From NCBI GenBank assembly GCA_035505915.1, contig DATJQI010000054.1:93854-157853 (forward strand): a stretch of DNA of 64,000 nt. Reading direction: 5' to 3'. Positions 58,504 through 64,000 of this stretch are shown piece by piece. This DNA is from Gemmatimonadales bacterium. Its GTDB lineage: Bacteria > Gemmatimonadota > Gemmatimonadetes > Gemmatimonadales > GWC2-71-9. The stretch's first letter is position 1, and each line of letters begins with the position of its first letter. Made by a program: the position numbers and the translations under genes. The notes under the pieces are model-generated. The model saw nothing but the letters and a program-made list of their open reading frames with translations. It was not told where the DNA came from and did no database searches.

Positions 58504-58857
58504 TCAGAACAGGCCGGCGATGGCGGAGCGGTGCCGACGGAGGTCGAGGAGGAGCGGACCCACGTTGGTGGCCGGGCGGACCAGGACCACCAGCAGCGCG
58601 TCGGTCGACAGCACCGACACGACCGCCATGCCGCCCGCGAACTCGAGGACGCCGGTCCCGAAGTCCCCCCGGCCGCCGGCGGAGCCCAGCTGGCTGATCG
58701 AGCCGATCACCCCGGGCAGCAGGGCCGAGACGCTTTCGGGGTCGACGCCGTCCGCGACGTGGGTATCGATGGCCAGTCCGTCCCGGCCGACGACCAGGAC
58801 GGCGTCGATTCCGGGGCGCTTTCCCAGGGCCTCCACGACTTCACGGATGGTCGGCAT
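58504..58857 (-). CDS. Roadblock/LC7 (MglB-like) domain protein
   Basis: GIDAVLVVGRDGLAIDTHV.....LLPGVIGSISQLG...G..G.LEFAGGMAVVSVLSTDALLVVLV is the Roadblock pattern. ATG 58857 was chosen, with TTG 58896 as an alternative. Confidence 0.7.
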   Translation of the reverse strand: MPTIREVVEALGKRPGIDAVLVVGRDGLAIDTHVADGVDPESVSALLPGVIGSISQLGSAGGRGDFGTGVLEFAGGMAVVSVLSTDALLVVLVRPATNVGPLLLDLRRHRSAIAGLF

Positions 58858-58910
58858 ACGGTGGGCCAACGTAGGACCGGACACGGTCGAAGTCAAGCAG
58901 CCACCGTGGG

Positions 58911-58940
58911 TTGACCCATTTAGACGCGCTCGGGTACTTT
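58911..58940 (+). promoter_or_regulatory. Candidate promoter of the lipoprotein-serS-kinase-uvrD string (possibly leaderless)
   Basis: TTGACC, 18 nt, TACTTT, with the -10 ending 7 nt before ATG 58948. No SD is present. Confidence 0.4.
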
Positions 58941-58947
58941 ATGCCCT

Positions 58948-59511
58948 ATGCGTTCTCGTTTCTTCCTCGCCGGCGGCGCGGCACTGGCGATGGTGATCGT
59001 CGCCGGGGCCTGCAGCAGCACGCTCGGCCCCCCGACCGCCACGGTCGACAACGTCGTCGACACGGTGACGCTCTACGCGCTGACCGGAACGCCCGTGGGC
59101 ACGCCCTCGGCGTACAACATCCAGGCGCCCGGTCCGGTCCGGACCGACTCGGAGCCGGGGTACGATTTCTCGTTCGACATCACGGGCGGCCAGGGAGCGC
59201 TGTATCCGCAGGGCGCGCTCTTCGGCCTGGGCCGGACCTCGGCGCTGCAGTACGCGAACTCCTTCGATGCGACCACGACGGCGCCCACCGCCGGGTGGAA
59301 CGACACCACGGCGCTCAACGTGAGCGTCGGCACGGTGGTGCTGGTCCGCTCGCGCGTGATCACCTGCAGCACGTACGCCGCCACCGTCTTCGAGTACGCC
59401 AAGCTGCAGGTGCTGGCGATCGACACCGTGGGCCGCACCATCAACTTCCAGATCCTGTCCGACGTCAATTGCGGGTACCGGGATCTCAACACCGGTATCC
59501 CCGCCCACTAA
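58948..59511 (+). CDS. Lipoprotein, unknown function
   Basis: Lipobox MVIVAGAC. 187 aa, beta-rich. Confidence 0.55.
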   Translation: MRSRFFLAGGAALAMVIVAGACSSTLGPPTATVDNVVDTVTLYALTGTPVGTPSAYNIQAPGPVRTDSEPGYDFSFDITGGQGALYPQGALFGLGRTSALQYANSFDATTTAPTAGWNDTTALNVSVGTVVLVRSRVITCSTYAATVFEYAKLQVLAIDTVGRTINFQILSDVNCGYRDLNTGIPAH

Positions 59512-59514
59512 GCC

Positions 59515-60804
59515 GTGATCGATCTCAAGCGACTGCGCGCCGCACCGGACGAGGTGCGCGCGGCGCTGGCGCGTCGCGGAGACTCCTCCGTGATGGCGCT
59601 GCTCGACGAGCTGCGCGGGCTCGACGAGCGCCGGCGCACGTTGACCGGGCAGCTGGATGCGCTGAAGAGCGACCGGAACCGCCTGGCCCACGAGGACGCG
59701 GCGGCCGTCAAGCAGAAGGGCGCCCTCCCGCCGGAGGTGGTGGAGCAGCGCCGGGAGCTGGGCCTCAAGATCACGGGGCTCGAGCACGAGCTCCGCAGCA
59801 TCGAGACCGTGCTCGGCGCCAAGGCGCTGTTCGTTCCCAATCCGCCGCTGCCCGGTGTCCCGGACGGCGATGCCTCCGCGAACCGGATCGTCCGGACCTG
59901 GGGCACGCCCCGGCCGGCCGGTGACGGCGTCCGGCCTCACTGGGAGATCGGGGAGAAGCTGGGTCTGCTCGACCTTCCCCGCGGCGCGAAGATCTCGGGA
60001 TCCGGATTCCCGCTGTTCGTCGGGGCCGGGGCCCGGCTCTCCCGCGGCCTCATCGCGTTCATGCTGGATCTTCACACGCGGGAGCACGGCTACCGGGAAG
60101 TGGCTCCGCCGTTCGTGGTCAAGCGGGAGACGATGCAGGGCACGGGGCAGCTCCCGAAGTTCGAGGAGGAGGCCTACAAGACCTCGCCCGATGACCTTTT
60201 TTTGATCCCCACCGCCGAAGTTCCGGTCACCAATCTTCACCGGGACGAGATCCTGGACGGCGCACTCCTTCCGCTGGCGTACACCGCGTACACGCCGTGC
60301 TTCCGGCGCGAAGCCGGCGCGGCGGGGAAGGACACGCGCGGGCTGCTCCGGGTCCATCAGTTCGACAAGGTGGAGCTGGTCCGCCTGGTGGCACCGGAGA
60401 CGTCGACCGCGGAGCTGGAGGTGATCACGCGCCACGCCGCCGCCGTGCTGGAGCGGCTCGAGCTCCCGTACCGCGTGGTGCAGCTGGCCGCCGGGGACAC
60501 CGGCTTCGGCAGCGCCATGACCTACGACCTCGAGGTCTGGGCGCCCGGCGTCGGTGCGTGGCTCGAGGTGTCGTCCGCCAGCGTCTTCACCGATTTCCAG
60601 GCCCGGCGGGCCGGCATCCGGTACCGGCCCCGGGCGGGCGAAAAGCCGGACTTCGTGCACACGCTGAACGCGTCCGCGCTCGCGCTCCCGCGCACCATCG
60701 CGGCCCTGCTCGAGCACGGGCAGGAGGCCGACGGCGGGGTCCGCCTCCCCGCCGCGCTCGTGCCCTACGTGGGCGTCGAGCGCCTCGGTCCCGCCGGTGG
60801 ATAA
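59515..60804 (+). CDS. serS: Seryl-tRNA synthetase
   Basis: N-terminal coiled coil IDLKRLRAAPDEVRAAL. Class II motifs TPCFRREAGAAGKDTRGLLRVHQFDKVE and ..TLNASALALPRTIAALLE. Confidence 0.95.
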   Translation: MIDLKRLRAAPDEVRAALARRGDSSVMALLDELRGLDERRRTLTGQLDALKSDRNRLAHEDAAAVKQKGALPPEVVEQRRELGLKITGLEHELRSIETVLGAKALFVPNPPLPGVPDGDASANRIVRTWGTPRPAGDGVRPHWEIGEKLGLLDLPRGAKISGSGFPLFVGAGARLSRGLIAFMLDLHTREHGYREVAPPFVVKRETMQGTGQLPKFEEEAYKTSPDDLFLIPTAEVPVTNLHRDEILDGALLPLAYTAYTPCFRREAGAAGKDTRGLLRVHQFDKVELVRLVAPETSTAELEVITRHAAAVLERLELPYRVVQLAAGDTGFGSAMTYDLEVWAPGVGAWLEVSSASVFTDFQARRAGIRYRPRAGEKPDFVHTLNASALALPRTIAALLEHGQEADGGVRLPAALVPYVGVERLGPAGG

Positions 60805-61963
60805 GCACGAGAGGTGGCGCCGGGCGGGACCCGCGGCCCTGATCGGGGCCGCGCTGCTTTTCGGCGCGCTCTCCGTGGTCGACGCCTGGCTCGTGGCCCG
60901 GCACTTCCGGGAGGACGCCCGCGCCACGTCGCGGCTCTTCGGGCGCGTGTTCGCCGGACTCACGGATCCGCATCCCGACGCCGCGACCGGCGCGCTGCTC
61001 GACCTGGCGACCGAGGTGCGCGGGATGCAGCTGCCCATCGCCGTGACCGATCCGGCGGGCCGGGTGACGCAGGTGGCCAACGCGCCGGCGAGCGTCACCG
61101 GCGATTCCACGGCGCTCGCCGCCTGGGCCCGGGGTCTCGACCTGATCAACACCCCCATCGTTCAACCGGGGATCGGCACCGTGCACTACGGCGCCGTCCC
61201 GATCGCGCGCCGGCTCGAGGCGCTCGGCATCCTTCAGGCGGGCGTCCTGCTCTGTCTGGTCGGCCTGATCTGGCTGGCGAACGCCACGCAGGTCAGCGCG
61301 GCGCGGGACCGCCTGTGGGTGGCCATGGCCCGGGAGTCGGCGCACCAGCTCGGCACGCCGCTGATGAGCCTCACCGGATGGATCGACTACCTCCGGGAGA
61401 ATCCGCACACCGCCGGCGGGGAGCTCGTCGAGCACCTGGCGGCGGACACCGAGCGGCTCCAACGGGTGGCCAAGCGCTTCGAGCGGATCGGGCGCCCCGC
61501 CCGGCGCGAGTCCGTGGGGCTCGGCGCCGCGGCCGAACGCGTCGTCGAATACTTCCGGCCCCGCCTGCCGACTCTCGCCAGTCCGGTGCAGCTGGTGCTG
61601 CACGCCATCGGCCCGGGCCCCGTCATCGACGGCGACCCGGTGCTGGTCGAATGGGCCATCGAGGCGCTGGTCAAGAATGCCGTCGACGCGCTTTCGGGGC
61701 GGGGCGGACGGATCGACGTCCGCATCGAGGCGGTGGGCCGGACCGGGCGGGTGATCGTCGAAGACGACGGCCCCGGCGTGGCGCCGCAGATCCGGGCGCA
61801 CATGTTCGAGCCCGGTCGCAGCACCAAGACCGGCGGCTGGGGCCTGGGGCTCGCGCTGGCCCGGCGGATCGTGGAGCAGCAGCACGCGGGACGGGTGTCC
61901 TACCACCCCGGGTCTCCGGGCAGCCGCTTCATCCTCGACTTCCCGGTGCCCGCGCCGACGTGA
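60797..61963 (+). CDS. Membrane sensor histidine kinase (orphan)
   Basis: Two TM helices flank a ~130-aa extracytoplasmic segment. H-box ESAHQLGTPL, N-box LVKNAVDA, G-boxes VEDDGPGV and GGWGLGLAL. Confidence 0.85.
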   Translation: MDKHERWRRAGPAALIGAALLFGALSVVDAWLVARHFREDARATSRLFGRVFAGLTDPHPDAATGALLDLATEVRGMQLPIAVTDPAGRVTQVANAPASVTGDSTALAAWARGLDLINTPIVQPGIGTVHYGAVPIARRLEALGILQAGVLLCLVGLIWLANATQVSAARDRLWVAMARESAHQLGTPLMSLTGWIDYLRENPHTAGGELVEHLAADTERLQRVAKRFERIGRPARRESVGLGAAAERVVEYFRPRLPTLASPVQLVLHAIGPGPVIDGDPVLVEWAIEALVKNAVDALSGRGGRIDVRIEAVGRTGRVIVEDDGPGVAPQIRAHMFEPGRSTKTGGWGLGLALARRIVEQQHAGRVSYHPGSPGSRFILDFPVPAPT

Positions 61964-64000
61964 CGCCGTCGCTCAATCCCACCCAGCGGGCCGCGGTGGA
62001 GTACGGTGATGGACCCCTGCTGGTCCTGGCCGGCGCGGGCTCGGGAAAGACCCGGGTTCTCACCGCCCGCATCGCCCACTTGATCAGAGACCGCGGCATC
62101 CGGCCCGACCGGGTGTTCGCCGTGACCTTCACCAACAAGGCGGCGGGCGAGATGCGCCGCCGGGTGGCCGAGCTGCTCGGCGCCGACCCCAAGGGACTCT
62201 GGATCGGCACGTTCCACTCCCTCTCGGCGCGGCTCCTCCGCCGGGAGGCGCCGCTGCTCGGGTTCGGGCCGAATTTCACGATCTACGACGAGGAGGACTC
62301 GCAGGCGCTGATCAAGCGGATGCTCGAGCAGCGCGGGCACTCGGCGAAGGCGTTTCCGCCCCGCCAGCTGGCCGGCATCATTTCCGGCGCGAAGAACGCC
62401 CTGCTCACGCCGGCGGAATTCGCCCAGCGGGCCGAGACCCCGCTCGAGCTCGTGGCCGCCGACGTGTTCGGCGGCCTGGGGCCCGCGCTGAAGCAGGCCA
62501 ACGCGATGGACTTCGACGACCTCCTGCTGCACCCCCTCGAGCTCTTCCGGACCCACCCGGAGCGGCTGGCGTACTGGCAGCGCCGCTTCGTCCATGTCCT
62601 GGTGGACGAATTCCAGGACACCAACGCCGCGCAGTACCGGCTGGTGCGCCATCTCGCGTCGGAGCACGGCAACCTGACGGTGGTGGGCGACGACGACCAG
62701 GCCATCTACGGCTGGCGCGGCGCCGACGTCCGTCACATGCTCGCGTTCCAGGCCGATTTCCCGGGCACCACGCTGGTGAAGCTCGAGCAGAACTACCGCT
62801 CCACGCAGGTGATCCTGGACGCCGCCAACGGAGTCATCGCGGAGAACGAAGGACGGCTCGGCAAGACCCTGTTCACGGAGCGGAAGGGCGGGGCACCGGT
62901 CACCCTCCTCACCGCCGCGGATGAGCGGGACGAAGCCGAGTGGCTGGCCGGAGAGTACGCCCGCCTCTCCGCCGACGACGACCATTCCTATGAAGGCATG
63001 GCGGTGCTGTACCGGACCAATGCGCAGTCCCGGCCTCTCGAGGAGGCGTTCCGGTTCCGGGGCATCCCCTACCGGCTGGTGGGGGCCATCAGCTTTTACG
63101 AGCGGCGCGAAGTGAAGGACCTGCTGGCCTACCTGCGGCTGATCGCCAACCCCTCCGACGACGAGGCCTTCCTGCGGGTGATCAACGTGCCCCGGCGCGG
63201 CATCGGGGACGCCTCGGTGCTGGCCCTGGCGCAGGCGGCGACCACGTGGGCGAAACCGTTGCTCGAGGTGGCCCGGGTGGCCGACCGCGTGGAGGGACTC
63301 AGGCCCAATGTGCGGGACGGCTTCGCCAGGTTCGCGGCGACCGTGGACGGTCTGCGGGCGGCCGTCGGGACCGAGGACCCCGCCTTCGTGCTCGACCGGA
63401 TCATCACCGCCGTGGCGTACGACGCGTACCTGGCGGATGAGGGGCCGGAGGGCGTGGAGCGGGCCGAGAACGTTCGGGAGCTGATCGCCGGCGCCGCCGC
63501 CTGGGCCGAGGTGGCCGGGCTGGACGGGGTGGAGGAGGCGGGGGGGGAGGAGGGGGCCGCCGGGGGGACGCCGATCGAGCGCTATCTCACGCAGTCGGCG
63601 CTCCTGGCGTCGACCGATTCGGTGCAGGGGGACACGGGGGTCACCCTCCTGACGGTGCACATGGCGAAGGGGCTGGAGTGGCCGGTGGTGGCGCTGGCCG
63701 GCCTCGAGGACGGTCTCTTCCCCCTGGCCCGTTCGGCGGCGCAGCCGGGCGGGGTGGAGGAGGAGCGGCGCCTCTGCTATGTGGGACTGACGCGCGCCCG
63801 CGAACGACTGTATCTCTCCTGGGCGCGCACCCGGTTCCGGAGCGGCCGGATGGAGATGTCCGAGCCCTCGCGGTTTCTGGAGACCATCCCGCCGGGGGTG
63901 ATCCAGGAGCGCGCCACGACGCCGCTGTGGGATCGCGGCGGCTACCGCGCCCGGCCCGACCGGCCCGCGCGGCATCGGCCGGTGGAGCGCGACGAAGCTT
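61960..64000 (+). CDS. uvrD: UvrD/PcrA-type ATP-dependent DNA helicase (3' end outside window)
   Basis: Not in the ORF track because there is no stop before the window end. GTG overlaps the kinase stop (GTGA). LNPTQRAAVEYGDGPLLVLAGAGSGKTRVLTARIAHL, VDEFQDTN, ..QNYRST.., ..TVHMAKGLEWPVV.., YVGLTRAR. Confidence 0.9.
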   Translation, partial: MTPSLNPTQRAAVEYGDGPLLVLAGAGSGKTRVLTARIAHLIRDRGIRPDRVFAVTFTNKAAGEMRRRVAELLGADPKGLWIGTFHSLSARLLRREAPLLGFGPNFTIYDEEDSQALIKRMLEQRGHSAKAFPPRQLAGIISGAKNALLTPAEFAQRAETPLELVAADVFGGLGPALKQANAMDFDDLLLHPLELFRTHPERLAYWQRRFVHVLVDEFQDTNAAQYRLVRHLASEHGNLTVVGDDDQAIYGWRGADVRHMLAFQADFPGTTLVKLEQNYRSTQVILDAANGVIAENEGRLGKTLFTERKGGAPVTLLTAADERDEAEWLAGEYARLSADDDHSYEGMAVLYRTNAQSRPLEEAFRFRGIPYRLVGAISFYERREVKDLLAYLRLIANPSDDEAFLRVINVPRRGIGDASVLALAQAATTWAKPLLEVARVADRVEGLRPNVRDGFARFAATVDGLRAAVGTEDPAFVLDRIITAVAYDAYLADEGPEGVERAENVRELIAGAAAWAEVAGLDGVEEAGGEEGAAGGTPIERYLTQSALLASTDSVQGDTGVTLLTVHMAKGLEWPVVALAGLEDGLFPLARSAAQPGGVEEERRLCYVGLTRARERLYLSWARTRFRSGRMEMSEPSRFLETIPPGVIQERATTPLWDRGGYRARPDRPARHRPVERDEA

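Noticed and set aside
61900-63975. 691-aa minus-strand ORF at the window end
   Set aside because: It is antisense to a clear UvrD/PcrA helicase frame, which the ORF track omits because it has no stop in the window. Helicase motifs I-VI read on the plus strand.

Overview
This is a very GC-rich (about 70%), gene-dense chromosomal window of about 60 protein genes and 2 tRNA-Ser genes. I saw no integrase, transposase, CRISPR array or prophage signature. The gene content points tentatively to a Gemmatimonadota/FCB-type bacterium: FlgD/T9SS-type C-terminal sorting domain, Bat operon, bshA, and CIRCE-controlled groESL. That assignment is inference only.

Most of the window is housekeeping:
- recO-selB, clpB, tadA
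- pyrR-pyrB-pyrC, rpsT
- an M50 protease followed by scpA-scpB-rluB
- a MoxR/DUF58/BatA-E aerotolerance operon running into mutL-miaA
- bshA, birA, coaX, groES-groEL, serS, and a partial uvrD/pcrA

The main accessory content is kynA-kynU (Trp to anthranilate) lying close to a six-gene operon. That operon ends in an anthraniloyl-CoA monooxygenase/reductase-type fusion flavoprotein and faces a divergent aryl-CoA ligase.

Other points worth a second look:
- A palindromic repeat family with identical 18-nt termini, present downstream of groEL (with an expanded 8-bp microsatellite) and between the two tRNA-Ser genes.
- Inverted GGGGTCA heptamer arrays around the miaA stop codon.
- A cargo-less sorting-domain protein.
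- An orphan selB.
- A Roadblock / receiver / two nucleotidyltransferases / Ser-Thr kinase operon.
- A HEAT-like protein and an HD-GYP protein that share an N-terminal domain.

About twenty 4-nt start/stop overlaps (GTGA or ATGA) tie genes into long, apparently translationally coupled strings. Many long ORFs in the supplied track are antisense or out-of-frame artefacts of the high GC content and were rejected. All family assignments come from motif recognition by eye, since no database search could be run.
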